In this document: positions 47,356 to 57,388 of the stretch, piece after piece | How positions within the stretch are numbered: position 1 is the stretch's first letter | How the letters are laid out: every line of letters begins with the position of its first letter | Assembly: GCA_965223545.1 (NCBI GenBank) | Contig: OZ245006.1 | Location: 6,816,001-6,880,000, forward strand | Direction: 5' to 3' | Origin: Planctomycetota bacterium | Lineage (GTDB): Bacteria > Planctomycetota > UBA1135 > UBA2386 | Length of the DNA stretch: 64,000 bases | Program-made: the position numbers and the translations under genes | Notes under the pieces: model-generated | Database searches by the model: none | Seen by the model: the letters and a program-made list of their open reading frames with translations, nothing else | Told to the model about the DNA's origin: nothing

Positions 47356-49907
47356 GCCCGCTTCTCGCGCTGTGCCTCTTGATCCCCCTGCAGACTCCTC
47401 TGCAGAACGAACAGGGCGCAGGGCGCGACGCGGATCGTTTGACGTGGAGCGAGTTGCCCGCGCTGCCGGACACGCCGGGCCTCGGAGGCCCGTTCGTCGG
47501 GGTGCACCGCGGCGTCCTGCTCGTCGCCGGAGGAGCGAACTTTCCGGACGCCCCGCCGTGGGAAGGCGGCAGCAAGGTTTGGCACGCAGACGTCTTCGCC
47601 CTCGAGCCAGGTGCGGACGCATGGCGCCACGCGGGCGAATTGGAATACCCGCTGGCCTACGGCGCGGCGATCTCGACGCCCGCGGGAGTCGCGCTCCTGG
47701 GCGGTTCCGACTCGGCGCGACATCACGCGGCGTGCTGGATGCTCTCGTGGGACTCGGCGTCGCGCACCGTGCAGTGCGTTCCCCTCCCGCCGCTGCCCAT
47801 CCCTACGGCGTTCCCCGCGGCAGCCGCGATCGCGGATGTCGTCTACCTCGCCGCGGGCAGCGACGGCACCGATCCGACCGCGTTGACGCGCGCCTTCTGG
47901 GCGCTGGATCTGTCGTTGGCCGAGGCCGATCGCGAATGGGTCGAGCTCCCGGCCTGGCCGGGGCCGGCGCGGCACAAGGCCGTCGCGGCCGTGCAGGGGG
48001 GTCGCAGCAGTGCGGAGCACTTCTACCTGTTCTCCGGCGAGATCCCCACGCGCGGCACCGACGGCGAGCTCGCCTACGACTACCGCACCGACGCGTTCCG
48101 CTTCGATCCCAGGACCTCGACCTGGCGGCGGCTGGGCGACCTGCCGAACCCCGTTGCCGCGGCGTGCGCGATGCCGATCGGCCAATCGCAGGTCCTCGTG
48201 TTCAGTGGCTCGACCGGCGAGCACGTGTACGCCCCGGACCCGCGGCCCGAGTTTCCGCGCGCCGTGTTGAGCTTCCACACGATCACGGACACGTGGAGCG
48301 AGGCCGGCTCGATGCCGCAGGCGGTCGTGACCACCGGCGTGGTCCGCTGGCAAGACCGCATCGTGCTGGCTTCGGGCGAGGTCCGTCCCGGAGTGCGCAC
48401 TCCCGCGGTCCGCGCGGTCGAGCCGGTGCGCGGCGACGTGGGCTTCGGCACGCTCAACTCGATCGTGCTCGTCGTCTACCTGCTCGCTCTGGTCGCCATC
48501 GGCGTCACCTTCGCCCGCCGGAAGAAGGGCGCGACCGACTTCTTTCTGGCCGGCAAGCGCATCCCGTGGTGGGCGGCCGGGATCTCGATCTTCGCCACTC
48601 AACTCTCGGCGATCACGTTCGTGTCGACCCCCGCCATCGCCTATGCGAGCGATTGGCTCGTCTTGCCGGGCAAGGCGATGATCCTGTTGATGGCGCCGGT
48701 CGTGGTGCTGCTGTACCTGCCGTTCTTCTGTCGTCTCGACATCACGACTGCCTACGAGTACCTCGAGCGACGCTTCAACGTCGTCGTGCGTCTGTTCGGC
48801 AGCGCGTCTTTCATCGCGTTCCAACTGATGCGAATGGCGGTGGTGATCTTTCTTCCCGCGCTGGCTCTGGCGTTGATCACTGGCATCAACGTCTACGCGT
48901 GTATCTTGGTCATGGGCGTGCTGTCGACGCTGTACACGGTGCTCGGCGGCATGGCGGCGGTCGTCTGGACGGACGTGCTGCAGACGGTCGTGCTGGTCGG
49001 CGGAATGCTCGTGGCGATCTTCGTCGTCGCGTTCGACGTCGGCGGTTTCGGCGTCGTGCTCGACGTGGCGCGCGCTGAGGGCAAGACACGACTGTGGAGC
49101 GGTTCGCTGAGTCTCACCGAGCTGACGACCTGGTCGCTCTTGCTCGGTACGTTCGCGCTGCAGTTCGGTCCGTACACCACCGACCAGGCGGTGATCCAGC
49201 GCTACCTGACGACGAAAGACGAGCGCGCCGCCGCCCGCGGAGTCTGGCTCAACGGTCTGCTCGCGATCCCCGTCGGACTCGTGTTCATGGCGCTGGGCAC
49301 GTGCTTGTACGTGTTCTTCAAGAGCCGGCCGGAGCTGCTGCCCTTGGGCATGCAGAATGACGAGGTGCTCCCTTTTTTCGTGTCCGGCCAGCTTCCGGCG
49401 GGCCTGTCGGGCCTGGTCATCGCCGGCATCTTCGCCGCCTCGATGTCGAGCCTCGACTCGAGCATGCACTCGATCGCCACGGCGTGCACCGTGGACTGGT
49501 ACCGCCGCTTCACTCCGGACGCGACCGACGCGAGCTCCCTGCGTCTGGCTCGCGCCTTGACCGTGCTCCTGGGTGTCCTCGCCATTGGCACGGCGTGTCT
49601 GCTCGTGACCTTCGACATTCAGAGCTTGTGGTTCTTCTTCCAGAAATCACTCGGCCTCGTGTCGAGCGGGCTGGTCGGAGTGTTCCTGCTGGGCATCTTC
49701 ACGCGCCGCGCGAGCGCCGCGGGCGCGATGATCGGCGTCGCCGCCAGCGTTGCCGCGCTGATCTGGGCGACTTGGTTCAGCTCGCTGCACTTCTACCTCT
49801 ACGCCGTGGTCGGAATCGGGACGTGCGTGGTCGTCGGCTACGGCGCAAGCCTCTTGCTTCCCGCCGCCGACCGCGACCTCGACGGCCTGACCCACGCTAC
49901 ACTCTGA
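47352..49907 (+). CDS. Kelch (NanM-like mutarotase) domain fused to a sodium:solute symporter
   Basis: VAGGANFP, LAYGA, GEVRPGVRTP kelch motifs; then FFLAGKRIPWW, YEYLERRF, WTDVLQ, DQAVIQRYL, AASMSSLDS. Confidence 0.92.
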   Translation: MSPLLALCLLIPLQTPLQNEQGAGRDADRLTWSELPALPDTPGLGGPFVGVHRGVLLVAGGANFPDAPPWEGGSKVWHADVFALEPGADAWRHAGELEYPLAYGAAISTPAGVALLGGSDSARHHAACWMLSWDSASRTVQCVPLPPLPIPTAFPAAAAIADVVYLAAGSDGTDPTALTRAFWALDLSLAEADREWVELPAWPGPARHKAVAAVQGGRSSAEHFYLFSGEIPTRGTDGELAYDYRTDAFRFDPRTSTWRRLGDLPNPVAAACAMPIGQSQVLVFSGSTGEHVYAPDPRPEFPRAVLSFHTITDTWSEAGSMPQAVVTTGVVRWQDRIVLASGEVRPGVRTPAVRAVEPVRGDVGFGTLNSIVLVVYLLALVAIGVTFARRKKGATDFFLAGKRIPWWAAGISIFATQLSAITFVSTPAIAYASDWLVLPGKAMILLMAPVVVLLYLPFFCRLDITTAYEYLERRFNVVVRLFGSASFIAFQLMRMAVVIFLPALALALITGINVYACILVMGVLSTLYTVLGGMAAVVWTDVLQTVVLVGGMLVAIFVVAFDVGGFGVVLDVARAEGKTRLWSGSLSLTELTTWSLLLGTFALQFGPYTTDQAVIQRYLTTKDERAAARGVWLNGLLAIPVGLVFMALGTCLYVFFKSRPELLPLGMQNDEVLPFFVSGQLPAGLSGLVIAGIFAASMSSLDSSMHSIATACTVDWYRRFTPDATDASSLRLARALTVLLGVLAIGTACLLVTFDIQSLWFFFQKSLGLVSSGLVGVFLLGIFTRRASAAGAMIGVAASVAALIWATWFSSLHFYLYAVVGIGTCVVVGYGASLLLPAADRDLDGLTHATL

Positions 49908-49915
49908 CCCATCCG

Positions 49916-51100
49916 ATGACACCGGAGCGCATCGAGGAACTCATCGCCGTCTATCGCGACGGCTTGCTCGAGGACACGCTGCCATTCTGGATGCGCCACT
50001 GCGTCGACCGTGAGCAGGGTGGATTCTTCTTCTGTCTCGACCGGGACGGTCGAGTCGTCGACACGGACAAGGGCATGTGGCAGCACGGCCGCTTCACTTG
50101 GCTGCTGTCCACGCTCTACAACTCGGTGGAGCCGCGGGAGGAGTGGCTCGAGCTCGCGCGGCATGGAGTGGACTTCCTCCGCCGCCACGGCTTCGGCAGC
50201 GACGGCCGCATGTACTTCCAGGTCACGCGCGAGGGCGCGCCGCTCCGCAAGCGTCGCTACGTCTTCACCGAAGCCTTCGCTGCGATCGCGCTCGCCGCTT
50301 TCGCGCGGGCGAGCGACGACGCGTGGGCAGCGGACGAGGCGCGCAGGCTCTTCCGCGAAGTGCTGCGCCACGGCACGACGCCGGGCTTGATTCCTCCGAA
50401 GGTCGATCCGCGGACGCGCCCATGCAAGGGCATCGGCTTTCCGATGATCGTCCTCGCCACCGCGCAGGTGATGCGCGACGACCTGCGCGACCCGCTCGCA
50501 AACGAGTGGGTCGATCGCACGATCGACGAGATTCGTCGAGACTTCGTGAAGCCCGACCTCGAGGTCGTGATGGAGACGGTCGGGCCGAACGGCGAGCTGA
50601 TCGACCACTTCGACGGCCGCACACTGAACCCCGGGCACGCCCTCGAGGCGGCCTGGTTCATCCTGGCCGAGGCCCGACACCGTGGCGGTGACGCCGACCT
50701 GGAGCGATTGGGTTCGTCGATGGTCGCCTGGATGTGGCGGCGCGGGTGGGACGAGGAGTACGGCGGGCTGTTCTACTTCCGCGACCTGCATGGCGGGCCG
50801 GTGCAGGAGTACTGGCACGACATGAAGTTTTGGTGGCCCCACAACGAGGCCGTCCTCGCGACCCTGATGGCGCACCGCGCGACCGGAGAGGCGAAGTACG
50901 CAGATTGGCACCGCAAAGTGCACGACTGGTCGCATCGTTGGTTTGCGGACCCCGAGCATGGCGAGTGGTTCGGCTATCTGCATCGAGACGGTCGACGATC
51001 GGTCACCCTCAAGGGCAACCTGTGGAAAGGCCCGTTTCACCTCCCGCGCATGCAGTTGTTGGCGTGGAAGACACTCGAGGAGATGCGCGATGGGGTGTAG
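49916..51100 (+). CDS. N-acylglucosamine 2-epimerase (AGE family)
   Basis: DTDKGMWQHGR, NPGHALEAAWF, KFWWPHNE, GEWFGYL, KGPFHLPR. Confidence 0.93.
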   Translation: MTPERIEELIAVYRDGLLEDTLPFWMRHCVDREQGGFFFCLDRDGRVVDTDKGMWQHGRFTWLLSTLYNSVEPREEWLELARHGVDFLRRHGFGSDGRMYFQVTREGAPLRKRRYVFTEAFAAIALAAFARASDDAWAADEARRLFREVLRHGTTPGLIPPKVDPRTRPCKGIGFPMIVLATAQVMRDDLRDPLANEWVDRTIDEIRRDFVKPDLEVVMETVGPNGELIDHFDGRTLNPGHALEAAWFILAEARHRGGDADLERLGSSMVAWMWRRGWDEEYGGLFYFRDLHGGPVQEYWHDMKFWWPHNEAVLATLMAHRATGEAKYADWHRKVHDWSHRWFADPEHGEWFGYLHRDGRRSVTLKGNLWKGPFHLPRMQLLAWKTLEEMRDGV

Positions 51101-51178
51101 GACCCGGGCGATGGCGAGACCCACGTGGAGGCGTCCCAGTGGCGAGTGGATGCAGCGTTGCCGGTATCGGCAATCTCC

Positions 51179-51718
51179 TCAGCGCCGGCGCTGGCTGCGC
51201 TCGCGCCGAATCCAGCGCCACCATACGAAGCGAGCCAGGATCCACGCGGCACCGAGCAGCAATCCGAGCGTCCACTTGTAGAGCAGGATCAGCACGCTCG
51301 ACAGCGCTGTCGACTGCGGCGCCGCAAACGCGGGCCGCCAACGCACGCGCCGCAGCCGTAGCAGTCCCATGCCACGGAGTGGCATCGGTTGCCCTCCGGC
51401 GTCGACCGCGATCAAGTGGCGGGCGCCGCTGAGCAGGGCAACGACCTTCATCCGGTCGTAGCAGTTTGCGCCGGTCCACGCGACGTAGGCGACGGCGAAG
51501 CGCTCGGCGCGGATCGCGCGGAGGAAGGCCAACCTCGAGCCACGAGGTTTGTCGTCGACGGCGCGCACGTGGTCGAGTGCGTCGCCGAGTTGCGCGCGGT
51601 CGGTGGCGCGGTAGTAGGCGACCAGCTCGGCGTCCGGGTGCGCAACGCGCGCGCGTTCGATCAAGCCCCGCGCCTGTTCTGTCGGCGCCGTCAAGAACAC
51701 GCCGCAACGCTCACCCAT
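51179..51718 (-). CDS. Hypothetical membrane protein in the glycosyltransferase operon
   Basis: Start overlaps the GT gene end; C-terminal hydrophobic segment. Confidence 0.65.
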   Translation of the reverse strand: MGERCGVFLTAPTEQARGLIERARVAHPDAELVAYYRATDRAQLGDALDHVRAVDDKPRGSRLAFLRAIRAERFAVAYVAWTGANCYDRMKVVALLSGARHLIAVDAGGQPMPLRGMGLLRLRRVRWRPAFAAPQSTALSSVLILLYKWTLGLLLGAAWILARFVWWRWIRRERSQRRR

Positions 51719-53873
51719 GTGTGTGCGTGCCTCCCGCATCTGCGCGGTGTGTCAGCGCCGCGCGGTAGACGTCCTCGTAGGCGTTGGCCGCTTGCTCCGG
51801 TGAGAACTCTTCGACCACGAGCCGGCGGCCCGCGGCGCCGAGGCGGCGTCGGTAGGCGGGGTCTCGCAGGCAGCGGAGGATGCCCTCGGCGAACGCGGTG
51901 GCGTCGTCCGCGAGCACGGCGTGCACACCATCGCGGGCGGGGATTCCCTCGAGGCCGCGGCGCGTCGCGACCACGGGGCGCGCCGCGGACCACGCCTCCA
52001 GTACTTTGCCGCGCAGGCCGCCGCCCATCCGAATCGGCACGGCGACCACGGTGGATGCATGCAGGACGGCGTTCATGTCCGGTACGAAGCCGGTGACCTC
52101 GACGCCTGGGTCCGTCGCGAGGTGGGCGACGTGGCCGGCCGGGTCGTGGCCGACGATCGACAGCACCACATCCGGCGCCGCCGCGCGCACGGCCGGAAAC
52201 ACCTCGCGCGCTAGCCAGGCCGCGGCGTCCACGTTGGGCTCGTGCAAGAAGTAGCCGACGAACGTGATGCGCGGGGCTTCGGGCTCGTGTGGCGGCGGTG
52301 TCAGCCGGTCCGCGTCGATGCCGCTCGGGATGGTGTCGACGGGCAGGTCCGGTAGGTAGGTGCGCAGCTCGCGCTCGTCATCGCTGGAGAGTGTCACGAC
52401 GCGCGTGAACGCGGCCGTGTACTGCAGATCGTAGTCGAGCGCCTGCGCCCACTCGAACAGCCGCAGCGGCAGCTCGCGCAGGCGCGCCCGCTCGCAGCGG
52501 CGTTGCGCGAACAGTCCCTCCGGCTCGCTCACGGTGTACACGGACGCGAGCCCCGCGACCTCGTCCTGCACCAAGTGAGCCATTTCGCCGAACTCGACCT
52601 GGACGACGTCGAAGTCGGTGGCGGCGATCACCGCGCACACCGCCGCGCGCATGGCGCGGTGCGTGTAGTCGCGCGCGAGCCTCGCCGGGATCCGGTGGTG
52701 CAGGTTGGTGGTCTCGTGGTTCTGTGCACGCACGTGTGTGTAGACGGCCTTGCAGAACGCGCGCAACGATGCCGCCTGCGCTTCTTCGCCGGCGTCGTCG
52801 AGGAACGCGAAAAGAGTCACTTCGTGGCGTCGCGCGAGTTCGTGCAGCAGGTTCCAGTGGACCCACGAGCCGTCGGTGTCGTGCCGCGGCAACCGCGCGG
52901 CCAGGACCAGCAGGCGCAGCCGCGGCAGCGGTCGTCCCGGCAGGAGCGGCGGTAGTGCCGGCCGTGGGGCGCGGGAGGCTTGACGAGTGACCCACGCATG
53001 CGAGTGCGTCGCGTCGCGGCGCGCGGCTGCGCGGCGGGTCAGGACGCGTGGCAGGCACAAGAGGGCGCGGCCGAGCCCGGCCAGCTCATCGCGCAGCGGG
53101 CTACGATCCCAGCGCTCTTCACGGCGCGCGGCCGCCACGACCTGCAGTGGCAGCCGCGCGCAGTGCGCGGCTGTCGAACCCGCTTCGGTCGGGTGGATCC
53201 AGGTGAAGGTGTAGTGGTCGCGGGCGTTGGCGCCGGTCCGAGAGTCGCGCGTCGGGTGCGCTGCCGCCACGCGCCAGCCACGCCGCCGTGCGCGGTAGAA
53301 GACGTCGGCGCAGGACGTCGCGACCTCCGCGTAGATGGCGTCGAAGCCGCCGAGCTGGTCGAGCTTGCGGCGGTCGAGGGCCATTGGCTCGCTCTCGGTG
53401 CTTGCTGTCGGCGCGTGCGCGGCAAAGACCGAGGGGTCATCGAAGGCGCGCAACGTTTGGGCGAGCGCGGCTTGGTCGGGGGCCGCGTTCGCCGCGACCA
53501 GCAGCAGCACGTCGTGCCGCGCGGCGCTGACCGCCGCGCGCAGACCGGCGTTGCCGGGCGCCGCGACCAGGAACTCGGTCGCGATCTGTGCGCGGCCCGC
53601 CGCGGCGGTCACCTGCTCGCGCAGGCGTGGGGCTGGCGCGCCCGTCGCGGCGCCGAAGACGACCACCGAGACGCTGCCGCGGTCGGGGCTGGTGTCGATT
53701 GCGCTGATTCGGCGACGGCCGCGCAGGCACGCGACGAGGTCCGCCGTCGCCAACGCGCAACCGAGAAGCGCCGTCACCGGGATCAGTGCGAGCACGACCA
53801 CCGCCTCGATGAGGGCGTTGCAGAGCGCCCACACGGGCAAGAGCAAGAGGATGACGACTCCGGTGTGACGCAC
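51711..53873 (-). CDS. Glycosyltransferase: degenerate GT2-like domain fused to a GT4 domain
   Basis: LGGFDAIY...ADVFYRARRRGW (GT2 remnant); IPSGID, FVG...PNVDA, GGGLRGKVLEAW..ARPVV (GT4). Confidence 0.85.
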   Translation of the reverse strand: MRHTGVVILLLLPVWALCNALIEAVVVLALIPVTALLGCALATADLVACLRGRRRISAIDTSPDRGSVSVVVFGAATGAPAPRLREQVTAAAGRAQIATEFLVAAPGNAGLRAAVSAARHDVLLLVAANAAPDQAALAQTLRAFDDPSVFAAHAPTASTESEPMALDRRKLDQLGGFDAIYAEVATSCADVFYRARRRGWRVAAAHPTRDSRTGANARDHYTFTWIHPTEAGSTAAHCARLPLQVVAAARREERWDRSPLRDELAGLGRALLCLPRVLTRRAAARRDATHSHAWVTRQASRAPRPALPPLLPGRPLPRLRLLVLAARLPRHDTDGSWVHWNLLHELARRHEVTLFAFLDDAGEEAQAASLRAFCKAVYTHVRAQNHETTNLHHRIPARLARDYTHRAMRAAVCAVIAATDFDVVQVEFGEMAHLVQDEVAGLASVYTVSEPEGLFAQRRCERARLRELPLRLFEWAQALDYDLQYTAAFTRVVTLSSDDERELRTYLPDLPVDTIPSGIDADRLTPPPHEPEAPRITFVGYFLHEPNVDAAAWLAREVFPAVRAAAPDVVLSIVGHDPAGHVAHLATDPGVEVTGFVPDMNAVLHASTVVAVPIRMGGGLRGKVLEAWSAARPVVATRRGLEGIPARDGVHAVLADDATAFAEGILRCLRDPAYRRRLGAAGRRLVVEEFSPEQAANAYEDVYRAALTHRADAGGTHTHG

Positions 53874-53945
53874 GGTTGCAGCGCGGTGCTGCCCTTCTCC
53901 TACAGGCCCGCCGACGTGTTACGGTAGTTACAACTCTACGCGCGA

Positions 53946-55112
53946 ATGACCAATCCGGCCATATCCTCGTTCGACGGCGCAGCCCCGCGCCCGCGGCTGC
54001 AAGCCTCTCGGCCGACCATGCTCGGGCGAGAACACGAGTACGTGGCGGATGCGCTGGAGAGCGGCTGGGTCTCCGGGGCGGGTCCCTACGTCGATCGGTT
54101 CGAGCGCGATGTCGCAGCGTTCCTCGGTCTCGACGGTGGCGTCGCTGTGTCGAGCGGCACCGCGGCGCTGCACCTCGCGCTGGCCGCGGCCGGTTGTGGA
54201 CCCGGCGACGAGGTGATCGTGCCGGCGCTCACCTTCGTCGCGTGCGCCAACGCGGTGCGCTACTGCGGCGCGCGGCCGGTCTTCGCCGACAGCGACCCTG
54301 CGACCTGGAACGTGACGCGCGACAGCCTCGAGCGCGTCTGGACCGATCGATGCCGCGGCGTGCTGCTCGTGCACTTCCTGGGCCGTCCGGCACCCGCCCC
54401 GGACGTCGTCGCGCTGTGCCGCGAACGCGGCGCCTGGTTGGTCGAGGACTGCGCGCAGAGTTTCGGCGCGACGCTCGGCGGTCGCCACACCGGCAGCTTC
54501 GGCGACTTCGCTGCGTTCAGCTTCTACGGCAACAAGACGATCACCACCGGCGAGGGCGGCATGGTGTTCGCGCGCGACCCAGAGCGTCGCGGCTTGCTGC
54601 GGTCGCTGCGCGCGCACGGCATCGAGCCGGAGCACGAGCACTGGCATGCGGAGCTCGGTTTCAGCTACCGCATGCCGAACACCGCGGCGGCGATCGGCTG
54701 TGGACAGATCGAGCAGGCGGCGCTGCACGTCGAGGCCCGGCGGCGCGTCAACGCGCGCTACCGGCACAACCTGGCGCCGCTGGCCGCGGACGGTCTCGTC
54801 GACTTGCCGGCCGAGGCCGCCGGCGAGCGTGCCGTTGGTTGGTACGCGGCGTTGGTGCTGCGGCGCGGCGGCGGCGCGGTCCGGCGTCGCATCCGCGACG
54901 CGGCCCTGCACCAGCACGGCATCCAGACGCGGCCTTTCTTCGCGCCGTTGCACCAGCTGCCGGTCCACGCCCGCGCGGTGTCGCTGCCGGTGGCCGAGCA
55001 CCTCGGCGCGCACGGCATCATGCTGCCGACCTACACCGACCTCGCTGACGCCGAGATCGATGACGTCTGCCGCGTGTTGGACTCCTTGGTCCGAGCCGAG
55101 CTGCGAGGGTGA
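53946..55112 (+). CDS. DegT/DnrJ/EryC1/StrS PLP aminotransferase (perosamine-synthase-like)
   Basis: SSGTAALHLA, EDCAQS, FSFYGNKTITTGEGG. Confidence 0.95.
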   Translation: MTNPAISSFDGAAPRPRLQASRPTMLGREHEYVADALESGWVSGAGPYVDRFERDVAAFLGLDGGVAVSSGTAALHLALAAAGCGPGDEVIVPALTFVACANAVRYCGARPVFADSDPATWNVTRDSLERVWTDRCRGVLLVHFLGRPAPAPDVVALCRERGAWLVEDCAQSFGATLGGRHTGSFGDFAAFSFYGNKTITTGEGGMVFARDPERRGLLRSLRAHGIEPEHEHWHAELGFSYRMPNTAAAIGCGQIEQAALHVEARRRVNARYRHNLAPLAADGLVDLPAEAAGERAVGWYAALVLRRGGGAVRRRIRDAALHQHGIQTRPFFAPLHQLPVHARAVSLPVAEHLGAHGIMLPTYTDLADAEIDDVCRVLDSLVRAELRG

Positions 55113-56266
55113 CCGAGTCGGCCTCGATCGCACGGCTGCGTGCGCAGCTCGCCGCTGAGGACGGGCCGGTGGTATGCGAGCTCGCGCCGGGTGTTCACGT
55201 CTTGGACCGGGCGCTTCTGGTCGGGCGGTCGGGCGTCGAGCTGCGCGGCCACCCGACGGAACCTACGGTGTTGTGCCGCGCGCCAGGGTTCATCGGATCG
55301 CTGGTGGCTTGCAGGGGGTGCGCCGACGTATCCGTGCGCGACCTGAGTATTGACGGCCGCGCGCGCGGTGCCGCGGAGGCGCGGCCCTTCCACCCGGACG
55401 TTTCGATTTCGGCGGCGGAGCGCGTCACGCTGCGGCGGGTCCACTGCAGCGACGCGGTCAGGTGCGCGGTCGGCATTGGGCGTTCGACGCGCGGAGCGTT
55501 GCTCGAGGATGTTCGCGTGGTGGCTGCCGGCGAGTACGGGGTGTGGATGGGGGCGGCGTTCGCGGCGCAGCTGCCGTTGCCGCTGCCCGCAAAGGACGCG
55601 CGGTTGCTACCGACGGACGTGCGGCTGACCGGGTGTGAACTCCGCGACTGCGGCGCGTCCGGCGTCTACGTCGAGGCGCGGGACGTGGTGTTGGTGGATT
55701 GTCGTTTGGTCGGCAACCACGCTCGATTCCCGTTCGGCGTCGACGGCGGCCAGGTCGAGATCGACTACCGCGCCCACGGCGTCGAGCTGCTGCGCTGCGC
55801 GGTCCTCGACGGTCCCGCCCTGACGCGGGATGGCAAGGACCTGCGCGCGGTCGGCCTCGAGATCTACGGCAGCGGCGTCGTGCTGCGCGAGACCACCGTC
55901 GAGGGCAACGCGCACGAGGGGCTGTTCTTGAACGGCGCCCGCGACGTCGTAGTCGAGGCGTCGAGCCGCATCGCCGGCAACCAGACCGCGCGCGCGAAGC
56001 CGCGGCCCGACGTCGCGATCACGACCACGCCGGAGCTCGCCGCGCGCAACGCGGTGGCGCGCGACATCACTTTCGACGGGGTGACCCTCGATCGCGGCGT
56101 GCTGGTGTGGACGACCGGTTCCGCGGCGCCGCTGCTCGATCGGCTGCGCGTCCGGGGGTGCAGGTTGCTGCACACGCGCGAACCGGTCGTCGTGGCCGCG
56201 GCGGAGGATGGTGCGACGCTGCGCGGTGCGCAGTGGCGCATTCGCGGCAACCGCGCGGTGTCGTGA
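55109..56266 (+). CDS. Right-handed parallel beta-helix protein
   Basis: GTGA overlap with the DegT gene; LAPGVH, repeated V.L..C/N turns, GNAHEGLFL. Confidence 0.7.
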   Translation: MTESASIARLRAQLAAEDGPVVCELAPGVHVLDRALLVGRSGVELRGHPTEPTVLCRAPGFIGSLVACRGCADVSVRDLSIDGRARGAAEARPFHPDVSISAAERVTLRRVHCSDAVRCAVGIGRSTRGALLEDVRVVAAGEYGVWMGAAFAAQLPLPLPAKDARLLPTDVRLTGCELRDCGASGVYVEARDVVLVDCRLVGNHARFPFGVDGGQVEIDYRAHGVELLRCAVLDGPALTRDGKDLRAVGLEIYGSGVVLRETTVEGNAHEGLFLNGARDVVVEASSRIAGNQTARAKPRPDVAITTTPELAARNAVARDITFDGVTLDRGVLVWTTGSAAPLLDRLRVRGCRLLHTREPVVVAAAEDGATLRGAQWRIRGNRAVS

Positions 56267-56299
56267 GGGGCAGCGTGGCCCACGCAGGGCGCTGTGCAG

Positions 56300-56752
56300 C
56301 TCGAGGCGACGCCGCCGCCATGGCAACGGCGCCGCGGCGCCGGAGGCTCAGCGCGGCCGAGGCCGCAACCAAACACGGAGCATTCCGCGACCCGAGCGTC
56401 GGTCGCGGGTCCGGCGGTCGCCGGCGGCCGCGCTGAGCCCAGAGGCCAGTGTTGTCTTCGAGCCTCCGGGAGCCGCGTTGTCCAAGTTCCAGCGGCATCG
56501 AGCCTTCCGAAAGGTTGTCGCCGCGCGAAGATTTGCGGACCCTGAGGCTCAGCGCGGCCGAGGCCGCAACCAGACACGGAGCATTCCGCGACCCGAGCGT
56601 CGGTCGCGGGTCCCGCGGTCGCCGGCGGCCGCGCTGAGCCCAGAGGCCAGTGTTGTCTTCGAGCCTCCGGGAGCTGCGTTGTCGAAGCTCCAGCGGCATC
56701 GAGCCTTCCGAAAGGTTGTCGCCGCGCGAAGATTTGCGGCCCCGGACGCTCA
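56300..56752 (+). repeat. Double-hairpin repeat, locus 4: two tandem 201-bp units plus a partial module B
   Basis: GAGGCTCAGCGCGGCCGAGGCCGCAACC recurs at 56343 and 56544. Confidence 0.93.
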
Positions 56753-56769
56753 AGAGCCTCAGCACCTAC

Positions 56770-57250
56770 CTATGGATCGAGAGCGAGCACGGCACCCAGC
56801 GGAGCTCGTCCGAGAAGGGGATGCGGCGCGTCACGCGATCGCGGAGCTGGTCGAAGCGATACGTCGCTACCGCTGGTAGCTGGTAGTGCCGTAGCCGTTC
56901 TTCGAACTCCGCCGCGGTCAGCCACTCGACGTCGCGGCCGGTCAAGAGCGCGTGTCACCTCGGCGGTGCGGATCGCCGCGTCGCGCTGGCCGCGCGGGAA
57001 CTGCGCCTCGGCCAGCGTCGCGAGCATTATCGGGCTGTCCTCGTTCGACAGCGCGACGGCCTGGCGCGCGCAGTTGATGGCCTGCTCGCGGTCGCTGTCG
57101 CTCAAACCCACATCCTCGGTGGTCGCGAGCCACCATGCACGCTGCTGCCAGGCAAACGGCTCGAGCGGGAACCGCTCGGTCACGGTGGCCAACATCGCCT
57201 TCGCCGCGTCGAGGTTGCCGTTCTTTGCGAGCGCGCCGGCGCCGCCCCTT
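56770..57250 (-). pseudogene. Frameshifted C-terminal TPR remnant (kinase-TPR-like)
   Basis: AWWLAT...AINCARQAVAL...LATLAEAQF, then a frame change to LLTGRDVEWLTAAEFEERLRHY; no start or N-terminal part. Confidence 0.55.
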
Positions 57251-57388
57251 CGAGTCGTCGCGTAGCATTCGGTGACATGCCTGACACGTCGACCAGCGGT
57301 CTGGGAACCGCGTACGGCGTCGCAAGTGCTTCCATCGCCGAAGCGTGAGGCACGCTCGGCATCTCGCGGCATTGCCTGACACCTCGAC

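Noticed and set aside
56343..56752. CRISPR array
   Set aside because: Units are 201 bp with recurring interiors rather than unique spacers, and there are no cas genes in the window.
56067..56879. ORFs running through the repeat on both strands (also 34843-35403 and 31112-31918)
   Set aside because: They stay open because the unit is 201 bp (a multiple of 3) and GC-rich; no RBS and no protein-like composition.
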